In this document: piece after piece, positions 48,067 through 59,926 of the stretch
Position numbering within the stretch: the stretch's first letter is position 1
Layout: each line of letters starts with the position of its first letter
Assembly (NCBI RefSeq): GCF_041146345.1
Contig: NW_027191415.1
Span: forward strand, 186,001 to 250,000
DNA from: Neodothiora populina
Lineage: Eukaryota
Length of the DNA stretch: 64,000 bases
Direction: 5' to 3'
Position numbers and translations under genes: made by a program
The notes under the pieces: model-generated
What the model saw: only the letters and a program-made list of their open reading frames with translations
Told to the model about the DNA's origin: nothing
The model's database searches: none

Positions 48067-49728
48067 CTACTGTCCGTGAGATCCGGCCTGGTGAGGGATC
48101 TTGGGAAAAGCCTTGGTGACAGGCTTCTCGCGACCATAGGTGTCGACAATAGGATAGCGTGCGCGACGCTCCAGATCGTCGAGGTCCATGTGAGAACGAA
48201 TGTACTTGTTCTGGCTGTTCTCTGGAACCATATAGTCCCAGCTGTGCCACTCGCCTTGCTTGAGCGCACCGTGCACGAATCGACGTCTGCGCTGAGCGAA
48301 AAGGGTATCTTCGGTGATCTTCTTGAAGTCCCACTTCTGGTTTGCCTCGAGCTCAAAGGCCTCGAAAACCGCTTGCGTCTTGGGGTCTGTGCTGGTTGCG
48401 AGGTTAACCAACTCCTTGGGATCATCGCTCAAGTTGAACAGCTGTGGTGGATCAACAGGGCAAGTGATGTACTTCCAGTCACCGCGTCTAATCATCATGA
48501 GAGGAGCGGCAGTGCCTTCGCCCATGTATTCGGCGAAGACCGTGTCGTTGCCGTTCAGCCCCTTGAGGTGTGGCATCATGGAAACACCGTCCATGGGCAG
48601 ATAAGGGTGGAGCTTGGTGCCGACGATGTCGCAAAGCGTTGCCGGAAGATCGAGAGTCGAGACGTTCTGGGGAACGCGGTGAGGGGCCCAGCGCTTGGGG
48701 TAGGAGATAAGCATAGGAACGCGGACAGAGCTCTCGAAGTAAGACATCTTGTACCACAGACCACGCTCGCCGAGCATGTCACCGTGATCACCGCTGAAGA
48801 TGACAATGGTGTTGTCGGCGAGCTTGCACTTCTCGAGGACATCAAGAAGCTGGCCAATGCAGTCGTCGACGTAAGAGACGGCACCGTAGTAGGCGCGCCT
48901 GGCTCTCTTGATCTGATCAGGAGTGAAGTCGTAGTTCTCAAGGTCGCAAACGTGTTGCAGGCGCTTGCTGTGGGGGTCCTGGTCTTCCTTCTTGATGTTC
49001 ACCTCAGGTAGGTTGATGTCCATGCCCTCGTACATGTCCCAGTACTTGTGCTCGATGGTGTAAGGGTCGTGAGGGTGGGTCAAGGAGACAGTCAGAGAGA
49101 AGGGTCTGCTGTCGGGACCCTGTCTGACGTGGTCGTAGAGGAACTGCTTGGACTTGTACACGACTTCCTCGTCGTAGTCGAGCTGGTTGCTCCTGACGCA
49201 GGGGCCTGCCTGGAGGATGGAGCTGCTGTTATGGTACCACTCAAGGCGAGTATCCGGCTCGTCCCAGTTCACCGACCAGCCGAGATCACCCGGGTAGATG
49301 TCCGCAGTCAATCTCTTCTCGTAGCCGTGCAGTTGATCGCCGATAAAGTGCATCTTTCCTGCAAGCGCAGTCTCATAACCGGCAGAGCGGAGGTAGTGAG
49401 CATACGTGGGCTGCTCGGAACTAATGCTGGAAGCATTGTCGTAGGCTCCAATCTTCGAGGGGAGCTGGCCAGTGACTAACGCCATGCGCGAAGGAGCGCA
49501 CAACGGAGAGTTGCAGTACGCCGAATCAAAAACAACAGACTTCTCGGCTAGTTTGTCGAGGTTGGGAGTGATGATCTGTGACTTCTTGTTGTACATTTTC
49601 AATTGAGGGGCGGCCAATTGATCCGCCATGATGAAGAGGATGTTTGGCGTGTCTGGGACAAGGGGAGTGGAGAAGCCATTCTGGCCAATGTAGCCGACTG
49701 GGGGAGTCTCTGGAGGAGTGCTAGCCAT
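48067..49728 (-). CDS. betC: Choline sulfatase
   Basis: PNILFIMADQL; CNSPLCAPSR (formylglycine motif); GKMHF..DQLHG; SLTHPHDPY; DHGDMLGERGLWYKM; C-terminal YIRSHMDLDDLERRARYP. Confidence 0.93.
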   Translation of the reverse strand: MASTPPETPPVGYIGQNGFSTPLVPDTPNILFIMADQLAAPQLKMYNKKSQIITPNLDKLAEKSVVFDSAYCNSPLCAPSRMALVTGQLPSKIGAYDNASSISSEQPTYAHYLRSAGYETALAGKMHFIGDQLHGYEKRLTADIYPGDLGWSVNWDEPDTRLEWYHNSSSILQAGPCVRSNQLDYDEEVVYKSKQFLYDHVRQGPDSRPFSLTVSLTHPHDPYTIEHKYWDMYEGMDINLPEVNIKKEDQDPHSKRLQHVCDLENYDFTPDQIKRARRAYYGAVSYVDDCIGQLLDVLEKCKLADNTIVIFSGDHGDMLGERGLWYKMSYFESSVRVPMLISYPKRWAPHRVPQNVSTLDLPATLCDIVGTKLHPYLPMDGVSMMPHLKGLNGNDTVFAEYMGEGTAAPLMMIRRGDWKYITCPVDPPQLFNLSDDPKELVNLATSTDPKTQAVFEAFELEANQKWDFKKITEDTLFAQRRRRFVHGALKQGEWHSWDYMVPENSQNKYIRSHMDLDDLERRARYPIVDTYGREKPVTKAFPKIPHQAGSHGQ

Positions 49729-51048
49729 TGTGATTTGTGGATGAGTGAGTTACAGGTTTTGATGGTAGTCTTGACCGCGTATTCTGCGGAAGAGTAGTAG
49801 AGATTGTGTTGCCCAAAAAGAAGTGGAAATATTGCAGCAAGGTATGGAAGTATTTAAGTTGTTCCTTGCAGGAGCCAAGAAAACAGGGAGAGATTAGGTA
49901 GGCACGCGACAGAGTGTGAGATAAAGGGCAATGCCGGGATGTTTCCTGTTTCGGGTAGGAAGAGCTTGGGAGGATTGATGGGCAGTTGATAAGGAAGATG
50001 GGGGGGTGCCGGTTTCCTTTTATCTAGATGTCGGATCGGCGGTGTGCATGTAGATGGAACTTTTGCCTGCTCATGGCCAGGGGAGATACACCAGGGCTAG
50101 AAGGAAACCAGGGGACTACGCGGCGACTGTTACAGATCATGACAGTGACACAGTGATGGTGTGAGAGCACGCAATATTCTGGTCGATTCTCTGCTTTGGC
50201 TGTACGGGGAGCATAATACGGGCACGCGGGGACTCTTACACACTTACCATGGCAAATCGCGGATGTCGCGCCCACTATTTGTCTACCAGAAATAAGGGAA
50301 CACGGCAACTAAAGCAACTAAAGAGAACGCCCCGTGACAGCCGCCCGGTAGGTGCTTCTTCTTCCTCTACGCGTCCCCACATATCCAGAGATGCCATTCG
50401 GTCCTGATCACATAATGACTGTGTGTGTCTTCCGCTATATCCATCCTCCTCATGGTCGCCTGTTTTGATAGTAGAGATCTGACAAAACCAACGCCACCTG
50501 CTCCTGCTTTTGCTACAGTACATGACAGACGACTATGGATCCGTAAGTAGATACACCATACAGATTACCAAGAAAGAAAAAAAAGTTCCGTCATTTCGGT
50601 TAGCCTAACTGTGCCACTGTATTTCCAACACACATCCCTGGATACTGTAAACCTGGGGCAAACAGTCGATCCGGGGCGATGGCTACGTAGTCCTGACTGC
50701 CACCCGGCTCTCAGAATGGTACCTGCAGCAAGAAACAAAAGACGCGACCCATGATTTCGTGAGTAGGGTACGCATGGAAGAAGGGCAGAACAAAGCAGAG
50801 GGTCAGCGACATCCGAGGCGACTTCCGCAGGGCAGAGTCATCCTAACTGCACCGACTCTTCATGGCTGTACGATGCGTGCGTGCCTGGCAGTCTAGACGC
50901 TCTTCTCGCGGTTGACGCCAGTAAAAAGAAGACTCTATCGGTCGGAAGGCGTTCGGCCAACTCTTTTTGACATTATCGGCTTACGTTCTGCCTGACATAT
51001 CATCATCACAAGGATACCGATCTGAAATAGACATCAAAGCCTATCGAC

Positions 51049-51752
51049 ATGGCCGAAAGACCGCCTCCATCGGCCTTGGCTGTTGCATTTGCCAGTGCCA
51101 TCGTAGCTGGCCTTGCCGGGTTTTTCATTGGACAGGCATCGTCCATTGGTGTCTTCACCGCACCCCGACCCGCTGCTGCTGGTGCTGTTTCCAAAGCTTC
51201 CAAAGATGACGAGTCTGATATATCGGACGCCGGGAGTGAAACGGACGAGGATGATCTCGACGATCAGGAGCTGAAGGAATTTGGGGATAGCCAGGAGGAA
51301 TGTAAATTGGTGTTGGTTGTGCGCACTGATTTAGGAATGACCAAAGGTGAGAGACGACGCCTGCATGTGGTGGTGGTGGTGCTGTTGTTGATGACAGACG
51401 CGCAAGCTCACGATCGATCATATGCTGACCTTCTGGAATCCATGCTGCAGGCAAGATTGCTGCTCAATGCGGACATGCGACACTCGCTTGCTACAAGACA
51501 CTGTTGAAACAAGACTCACCAATCCTCAAGAGATGGGAGCGCTACGGCCAAGCCAAGGTCGCCCTGCAAATCAAGAGCGAGGAGGAACTTGAAACACTTC
51601 AGGCTACCGCTCTGAGCCTGGGAATCTGCGCGCAAATCATCCATGATGCTGGCAGGACGCAGATTGCGAGCGGCAGTGCGACAGTACTCGGTGTTGGCCC
51701 TGCGCCCAAGAGTCAGGTCGACGCCGTCACGGGACACCTGAAGCTTTTGTGA
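51049..51752 (+). CDS. PTH2: Peptidyl-tRNA hydrolase 2; intron 51347-51450
   Basis: N-terminal TM; ECKLVLVVRTDLGMTK|GKIAAQCGHATL; IHDAGRTQIASGSATVLGVGPAPKS..VTGHLKLL. Confidence 0.95.
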
Positions 51753-52441
51753 GGAGGTTCTTTGAATTTCTCTGCATCGAAGAAGCTCCCTGTAGCAGGC
51801 GAAGGAGGAGAGAAGAGGCTCTGGAGACCATCGCGTTGCATACTTGAGGCAGGGTCCGGCGAGTTGGGCATCTTCACGTCACTCACTCGGTGGTGGAACA
51901 GATGTACAGGGCCAGCACATGGTCACACGCGATCTGGCCGCCTGAGTTGATGGGACCAACACCAACGACATCGGGGGCCTCACGGAAATCAGCCCGCTAT
52001 CTTGCTCAGACGAACGCGCAGCCGGTCACGAAGAGATGCGACATGGCTGCTCGTGCAATATACACACAACTATGTCGAGACGACTACACGATGACTATTG
52101 CCCGTTGGCCAGGTCTTCACGATGGACAGCCTCATAGCGCTCACATGGCGCATTGCAAGCTCGACGAAGGAGCATAAAGCCTATGTAAACGTGCTGATGA
52201 TGAATCAAACAGCGGGACTTGAAAGGATATAGATTCGGTTTCGATAGAAAAAGACATGAAAATTCAATCGTGACATGTACCACGAATGTTACTTTCTCGC
52301 TCTTGTCATCGATGTTCAGTTCCAATAGTATGAATTGCATCTCAATCCAATACAAAAGCTCTTCCTCTCCAAAGTACCGGTGCTAATGCAATAGTCCGAC
52401 AAGCAGTAGTGAGGAAAAAATCGAACGAGAAAAAAAAGAGG

Positions 52442-52752
52442 GTATGTAGGCAGTCATGGTTTTTCCCCAACTTCAGCACCCGACGGGCTCAGTAAAAAGG
52501 ATCAGGAATATGACGCCCCCAGCAAACAAGTCTACACCGAGCTCAGCCCCTCTCTTGCGATCAGGGCGAGCGTCAGGCTGCAACAGGGCCGAAGTGATTC
52601 TGAGATCTGTCGACCGGAAGATTGACACCATTCCTCTTGCAAGGATATTTTTAAATTGATGGCTCCATAGTAGCGGTCGAGCTGAACGGCGATGACAACC
52701 GACAGCCTGAGATGGAATCCCAGACGCCAGGATCACCGAACACAGATCTGGT
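52442..52752 (-). ncRNA. snR30: snR30/U17 box H/ACA snoRNA (5' end approximate)
   Basis: Minus strand has m1 ATATTCCTG (52511-52503) and m2 AAACCAT (52462-52456) in a 3' hairpin closed by GGCGTCAT/ATGACTGCC; ACA box at 52447-52445; 5' hairpin closed by AGATCTGT/ACAGATCT. Confidence 0.85.
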
Positions 52753-53141
52753 GTAAATAAGATAAAAAGAAGAAAGAGAAAGAAGATTGGAAGAGAGCTG
52801 CGCGTAGAAATAAGACGCAGGATTTGGATGCGCACGGGCTTTTTTGCTGTCAAGCACCGCGACTTCCTGAACAGTAAGCGCCGATTGTCCGTGACTGCCT
52901 TACTCGTCGGTATCTAATCCAGGCTTGGCACTGGTTAATGCTCCTTCTGTTCACTCTCTGTCTGTCTTGCCTCTCCTCCTCACTTACTTGTCATCAATAT
53001 TTAATACAAATTCATTACACCTCAGGCGCCACTTGACTGTGTACTGCCTAGACTTCTGTCCATCGTTCTTTGGTAGTCACAGAACCAGTCCAAAGCAACA
53101 AGAAACGACGTGAAGCAGCGGTAGACCTACACTACCCGACC

Positions 53142-55166
53142 ATGGACGCCATCGCCATCCAAGATGCGAACAAGATCCGAGTCGCCATGGGTCTGGCGCC
53201 CCTGCCCGTGCCCGGAGAGGAAGGACTCGCCTTCAAGTCCGCAAACGAAGACGGCAATGAATCCGACGAGAACGATAGGATCTCGACGCTGGAAAAGCGA
53301 CAGGCTGCAGCCGGCGACAATTGGGCCAAGCTAGAAGAAGAGCGCCGAGCAAAGGAAGAGCGCATGAGAAGGAAAGAAGCAGCTAAAAAGGCGCGCGACG
53401 CTGCTCAACGGTATGCCGTGCTAGAAGGCAAAGGGCTGGGTGATGCCGATGGAGATGAGGTCGACACCAAGACTTGGCTCTTACAACAAAAGAAGCGCCA
53501 GAAGAAGATCGACAAGGCGCGCAAGTACGAGGAAGAGCAGATGGAGAGGGAACGCGCTGCTCAGGCAGAGTACACGGCAAAGGACTTGGCAGGAGTCAAG
53601 GTTGGCCACACCATGGACGACCTCAGCGACGGCGACGAACAGGTCTTGACACTCAAGGACACCGAGATTGGCGAGGGAGAGGAAGACGATGAGCTGGAGA
53701 ATCTGGATCTGCGCGAAAAGGAGCGGCTGCAGGAGAAGCTGGAGCTCAAGAAGAAAAAGCCCGTCTACAACCCGAACGATGACGATGAGGCCAACGGACA
53801 AAAGTCCATCCTTGCGCATTACGATGAAGAGATTGAGGGCAAAAAGAACAAGAAGGCTTTCACCCTCGACGGTCAGGGCAGCCTTGCGAAGGCGGCTATC
53901 GAGCAACACGAAGCCGAGGGAGACCGCAGCAAGGGCATCAAGATCAGTCTGGACATTCTCAAGGACGACACTCCCATCTCCGACTATCTGGATCCATCAA
54001 CAATCAAAGTACGCAAGCCCAAGAAGGCCAAAAAGCCGAAAACCACCCGGCAAAAGGCCGTCGACGAAGACGATATCATTCCGATCATCCCTGAATCGAC
54101 GGCACCTGCGCCGCCTGCCGATGGAGCTATGGATGTCGATGCACAGCCCGGTAGCTCCACTACAACGAAGAAAAGAGTGCTCGAATTCGATGATGACGAC
54201 CTCCAGGCGAAACTGGCCGAACAGCGACGCCATGCCCTCAAGAAGCGCAAGAAGACGGATGCTGCGGAGTTGGCTCGGCGGATCCGGGAAGAGGAAGCAG
54301 AGAGTGCAACAGCGACGGACGACACAGAGGGTGGTGAGCCTGGTATGATCATAGACGAGACTACGGAATTTGTCGCCAACCTCAGGAGAGTCGAAGACGA
54401 CGATAGCGACAGCGACAACGATAGAAGAAAACGCGCCTTTACCCCTGCCTCTCCATCTGCAGATCAAGATGGCGACACGACCATGGCCGAGCAATCCTAT
54501 GCAGCCTTACAGGACGATGAAGCCACTCCCTCCATGACCACTTCGGCAGCCGACACTCCCGCTCCCGAAGATGCCGTCCAAACATCCACAGGGTTCGAAG
54601 CCGAAGAAGAGATCAGTCAAGGCGTAGGCGCATCTCTGTCCATGCTCCGCAAGCGTGGTCTGGTCGCCGACACCAACGCCGGCGAGCAAAACGCAAAGGA
54701 CCGAGCGCGCGCCCAGTTCCTGGCGGAGAACGCCCAACTCATCGCCGACTACGACGAGCGCTCGCGCGTCGACCGCGAAGCAATCCGTTCCTCGGGCCGC
54801 TGGAACAAGATGACGCGCGCAGACCAAGAGACCTACAACCGCCAGGCCAACGAGCGCAGAGAGCAATACCTCGCCCAGCTGCAAGCGGACCACTACCGTC
54901 GCTCGTACCGGCCCGACGTCAAGCTACGCTACAATGACGAGTTCGGCCGCGACATGAACCAAAAAGAAGCCTTCAAGCACCTTAGTCACATGTTCCACGG
55001 CAAAGGCAGCGGTAAGCAGAAGACTGAAAAACGACTCAAGAAGATCGAGGACGAGAGGAAGAGAGAGGCCATGAGCAGTCTGGACTCTAGCCAACACACT
55101 GGCATGAATAACGCAATGGGCGCTCAGGCCAGGAAGAACAGACAGGCTGGAGTCAGACTGCAGTAG
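53142..55166 (+). CDS. SNU66: U4/U6.U5 tri-snRNP protein Snu66/SART-1
   Basis: HIND-like IQDANKIRVAMGLAPL; DLAGVKVGH..VLTLKD; YRPDVKLRYNDEFGRDMNQKEAFKHLSHMFHGKGSGKQKTEK. Confidence 0.95.
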   Translation: MDAIAIQDANKIRVAMGLAPLPVPGEEGLAFKSANEDGNESDENDRISTLEKRQAAAGDNWAKLEEERRAKEERMRRKEAAKKARDAAQRYAVLEGKGLGDADGDEVDTKTWLLQQKKRQKKIDKARKYEEEQMERERAAQAEYTAKDLAGVKVGHTMDDLSDGDEQVLTLKDTEIGEGEEDDELENLDLREKERLQEKLELKKKKPVYNPNDDDEANGQKSILAHYDEEIEGKKNKKAFTLDGQGSLAKAAIEQHEAEGDRSKGIKISLDILKDDTPISDYLDPSTIKVRKPKKAKKPKTTRQKAVDEDDIIPIIPESTAPAPPADGAMDVDAQPGSSTTTKKRVLEFDDDDLQAKLAEQRRHALKKRKKTDAAELARRIREEEAESATATDDTEGGEPGMIIDETTEFVANLRRVEDDDSDSDNDRRKRAFTPASPSADQDGDTTMAEQSYAALQDDEATPSMTTSAADTPAPEDAVQTSTGFEAEEEISQGVGASLSMLRKRGLVADTNAGEQNAKDRARAQFLAENAQLIADYDERSRVDREAIRSSGRWNKMTRADQETYNRQANERREQYLAQLQADHYRRSYRPDVKLRYNDEFGRDMNQKEAFKHLSHMFHGKGSGKQKTEKRLKKIEDERKREAMSSLDSSQHTGMNNAMGAQARKNRQAGVRLQ

Positions 55167-56092
55167 GCTGTTTTCTTTTTTTTTCTCTGATCTGTCTTGG
55201 TCCTCCTGGCCCACCTCTTTGCCTTTCGTTGGTTTTGTGCTGCACTGCTGATGCCAAGAGGACAAGTAAATGTCAAATAAAGGAACAAGCGGACGCCTCT
55301 CTCGCTGGCGCACCACGATAAAAGTAAAAACATGAAGATACCAGTAACAATACAATACCCACTTCAATTGACTGTGTCTCACTTTTATCCCTCATACGAT
55401 ACGATGAGAAAAAAACAAGAAACCGATACGAAGTAAAGTCCATCACTATAATACGTCCAGACGACTATTCCCTCCCGGTGCACACTATAACGTATATTTT
55501 GCAAGAAAAAAAAAAAGGCTGCGAACATTGGTCGTACCCCATCCCCTGATCTCGCCCTGTTTCCTCCAGATAACGTGATATGATATGACACGACAACTTC
55601 TTTCACGTGAATAGAAAGACGATCAAATAAAGTAGACGACATTGACGCAAAAGTGGGAAATGATACAAGTGTCCTTGCCTTCCTTACCTCGACCTTTCTC
55701 TTTCGTTACCGCTCTGGCTACTTTGCTGTTTCATCTGACCGAGGCCTTCTGCTTCGTAGCTACGGTAGCTGTCTACCGTGGACGATGTCAGAGGAAAATA
55801 GGAGAGAAAAATAGGAGAGAAAAATAAGAGAAAAATCCGATGGGGTGGGCACGGCAGTGTTGACCTCTGGGATCTGGGTCGTTTATTGGGGGGACACTAT
55901 TCGCCTGTCGAGATGCGTCTGCTCGACAGAGTTTCCAGAAGTGAAGCATGGGATAATACCTTGCTAGTAACTTAACAGATATGGTAGCAATACAATGGAT
56001 TTATTATACAATACATTTACGAAAACCTGGCTTCAAATCTATATACTACTTGCCAACCAACACTATCATACTCCCCCAGGTCGAACTCAACC

Positions 56093-57744
56093 CTAGTACA
56101 AGTTCTTCTGCTTCGTACCATTAAAGAAAGAATTAAACACGGCACCGGTACCGCTCAGGCTGGTTCCATCACTCGAGATTAAAATGCCCTTGGAATCCAT
56201 GAAATACGCATACCGCGCGATATCACTCTGCTGATCCATCCACGGCATGACTGTCTGCAAGAAGCTCTGCAACTCGGCATCAGTATACGGATACGAGTTG
56301 TCGAGCCCAAACTCCGTGATCCAGATGGGTTTGCCCCTGCTGATCTTGCGCGCGCTATTGATGTACGACTCGAAGTAGGCTGCGCCGGCGTATTTGTTGC
56401 TGTACCAGTGCAGGTTGATGAAGTCGATGCGGCACCCGGTGCATTGGTCCATGAACTGCTGCAGGTAGGTGAGGCCGTAGGGGCTGCCGGCGTTGGTCAC
56501 TGCTGGGGCGCCGAGGTTCGCTTTTCCGGCGAACGGCATCATGTATTTCTTGTAGGTTGCGACGGTGTCTTTGACGGACATGCAGGCTGATCCCGAGACG
56601 CACCAGTCGGGCTCGTTCATTGACATTAGTGCTGTGGCGCCCTTGCTTATGGCTGTTTTGGCTGCTGCGGGCCATTGGGAGAGCAGACTCGAGTCGTTGT
56701 TGAAGAGCATGGGCACGTATTCTAGAACAGGGTTGAAGGCCTTGCTGGATTCAGACAGGTACCAGTTGTAGGCCCAGCGGACGCGAGATTGCTGCCCGGC
56801 GTGAGCGAAGAACTGTGTCAATTGGGGGTCGTTGTAGCATAGTCCACGTTTGCCTCCGTTGTGGATATATGCGCCAGTCGTGGCTGTGTTGATGGCGGAA
56901 GTCTTCTTGGTTGTCACCGCTGCTGCGCGGGCAGTGATGAGCGGGGCATTCGAAAGGAGAGGAGAGACACCAGGCAACTTGATAGAGACTCTTGAGGGAG
57001 AGTTGTCAGGTGGCAGCGATGTTGATACTGATGTCAACAATGTTGACGCTGACAGCGAAGAGGAGGAAGAGGAGGAGGATGAGGCTAATGATGATGATGA
57101 TGATGATGATGCTACACTGCTAGCAATCGGGGTCGCCACAGCCTCAGGAGTAAGGTAGACCTGGGTATCAGCTCCAGTGATTTTTGGAGCATTATTAGCG
57201 AGACGCTGGGCGAGGTAGTCGGCGACTGCATTAGAGTATGCTGCAGTAGTGGTAGTCTCCTGAGGAGGGACCTCGCTAGCAGAAATACTTTCCGCCACTG
57301 AAGAAATAATGGACGATCCGATTGAAGGAAGCACGCTCGACGCCTGAGCAGCCTTTAGGGCAGCTTGTGCACCATCCGCATTGTCGATATCTGTTACTGC
57401 AGACAGTAGGGTGCATTGCCCAGACACGAAGGAGACGGCAACACATGAGCCCGTGCTATCACAGCTGGAGACACAGTCCTGGAAGGAGGACTTGGATGTA
57501 GTCGATCCGACTGTGCTACCACTGAAGGTCTGGCCACAGCTGACCGTGTAGCCTGCGAAATCCTGTCCGCATACTGGAGTAGTAGAGGCACTCGAAGCGT
57601 CTGTCGTCGCTGAACCAGTCAGAGCTAAGAAGTTATGAGCACCTGAGTAACCACTCGATGATACGGTAGGTATATCTTACGCTGAGCAGAGGCATCTAGC
57701 ACAGCTAGAGCCGATATTAAGAATGAAGTTGAGATAGCCCTCAT
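56093..57744 (-). CDS. Secreted GH128 (Asl1-like) beta-1,3-glucanase with N-terminal apple/PAN-like Cys domain and S/T linker; intron 57625-57680
   Basis: Signal peptide MRAISTSFLISALAVLDASA; GKRGLCY, WAYNW, EYVPML, NEPD, LHWY, KPIWITEFG, ARYAYF motifs. Confidence 0.87.
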
Positions 57745-59926
57745 GATTAGTATTATTTAGTCGAGCGAATGGATAATTGGTATATCTTCAAGATATACTT
57801 GTATATCAAAAGCAAAGTTGGCGCTGGAATGGCCCTCTGATATATGTAGGACTGAGATGCAATACAATAATGAACGTTGATGAGTCGAGACCACAAACAG
57901 CACTATGGAACGAATGATCGACAGATGACGGCCAGCTATACCGATATATGTTTCACATGGAAGAGGGTGATGAGAGCCATGAAAGAATATAAACCCACAA
58001 ATTTGGCTGTCGAGTAGTAGCATGGCGACCGCCAATCTTCAACCGTTGGAAGTCGTTGCGGCTATTGATATGAAGCGTAAAGCGGGCTAGCCACTGCTTT
58101 ACCTCCTACCATTGCACACGTACTCATATCGATTCTTCAAAGATGTTGACTCGTCAACTTACCTGGCGGCTGAGATACCTGGATACGGTACATCGATTAT
58201 GTTCATAATGGTGGTCAAAACCGGGGATATTGAAGAGGCTTCACCGTCAGGCAGACTAGTTGTCGATGTCGCCACTGTTCATATTGTGACACCGCTTTGG
58301 CAGATAGTCAGCAAAATGCGAACAATGTTGATGAATACTTGGCACAGTAGAACAACTAAACATCTGACTGTGTCTTTGGTGGAAGCATTTCTCGACACAC
58401 TTCTGGTGTTATCTGTAGAGATGTAAAGGGACACGAAGGGGTTGTCTTCAGCCAGTAGGCCGCCAAGTAGGCTGCAGAAACGAGCGCTGACATGGCTGGA
58501 CCGCATACGACTACCGAGGAACGCTCGTGTCGTGGCAATTCAACGTGGTGGCTGTAGAGGCGATATGCCGGACATGCGAAAGAGATTCCAGGGTGCAAAA
58601 GTCGTTGGATCGAAAGCCCATAGACGTTGTGAACGTTGAAGTGCAAATGACGAGGCTGTTTCAACGCGAAGTCTATCAGCGTCGTCATGCGAGTGCTGAT
58701 CGATAGTGCTGAGCATCCCGCGGCAACTTTATAGGTGTCAATGGATATATCGTTTCAGGATGAGGTCGAGATTGGCGAGCATAACCCATCTTGTTCAGAG
58801 GTAAATGAATTGGTACATATCTTTTGGTTGTAGCAAACCCTCCAGCGCCAAGACTTTGGTTTCCAAGTGCCTAACAGTATCGCAATCTTATGAAAAGTGT
58901 CTTTCAAAACTTTGTCCTACGGTACAGCGTACTGCCAAAGCCAGCCAGCGCTCGTAGACACGAGAGAAAAGAACAGAAATGGAAGTAAAAAAAAAGGGAT
59001 TCAAAGTGCAAAAAAGGGAAAATGAAAACATACAGCAGCAGGTATTCCCACGTGGTCACCCACCGTAGTACTAATCTGCCGGTCAACTGCTTATGTCTGG
59101 CAGAGCGGACGGGATGCCCAGTTCTCAGCTGCCTGTGGCCGTATGTATGAGAACCGTAGAGTCATTGCAATATATTCTAAAATTATTCACCTGATGAGTT
59201 CATATCTCGATAAGGACTCATGCTCAAGGATCCTTGTCTTTTTAAATATCTAATCGTCTATCTGTTCTATCTCAGCATATATATACGCATGTATTCAGAT
59301 GCTAGAGGACAAGTGCTACGATGACATGGCAGAGATGTGAGATATAGTCTCGGGGTTCAATCTGATAATGTTGCAGAATGCGGAACTTGAATGCCGATCT
59401 ATGCCCATTGCCCCAAAACCGTACATAGCCTGGCCAGTACTAGATCTCTATATAACCCACGTAATCCTTCATCTTCTCAGGCTTTGGTACAAACGTATGC
59501 GTCGAAATGTCATAAGCCCTCGACATCATTTTACTCTGCTCATAGACAGGGTCCCCCTCTCAACGCCAGCATTCAGGAACGATGACGCACAGTCCAGACA
59601 ATCCAAGAATGGACGCTAGCAACACCCGCTTAACACCGAAAACAGCGCCAGTGGAATCTTCATGTGAATTTTCCTGAGTCGTTTCTCAGAGACATCTTAC
59701 ATGTTTCATTCGACCGCATTTGCACAACCTTGACAATACAATTTCTTTGTTTGATAAAGTCTTGAGAAAGTAGTGACTGCACGTAGTTTGTCCAAAACTC
59801 ACAACCAGAGTACTTTGCAAACCCGAATATTCTTGTATTCTGTCTCAACATTTGCTTATCTTGTGATCATCACATTTATTTTCACCCCTGAGAATCGCTG
59901 TAGTCCATACAGATCAACTACCTTCA

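Noticed and set aside
48076..49479. Plus-strand ORFs of 311 and 143 aa
   Set aside because: Antisense shadows of the codon-biased choline sulfatase gene
52456..52857. Short ORFs (67, 126 and 68 aa) between PTH2 and SNU66
   Set aside because: Better explained by the snR30 snoRNA
58112..58688. Cluster of short ORFs upstream of the GH128 gene
   Set aside because: No recognisable homology or consistent gene structure
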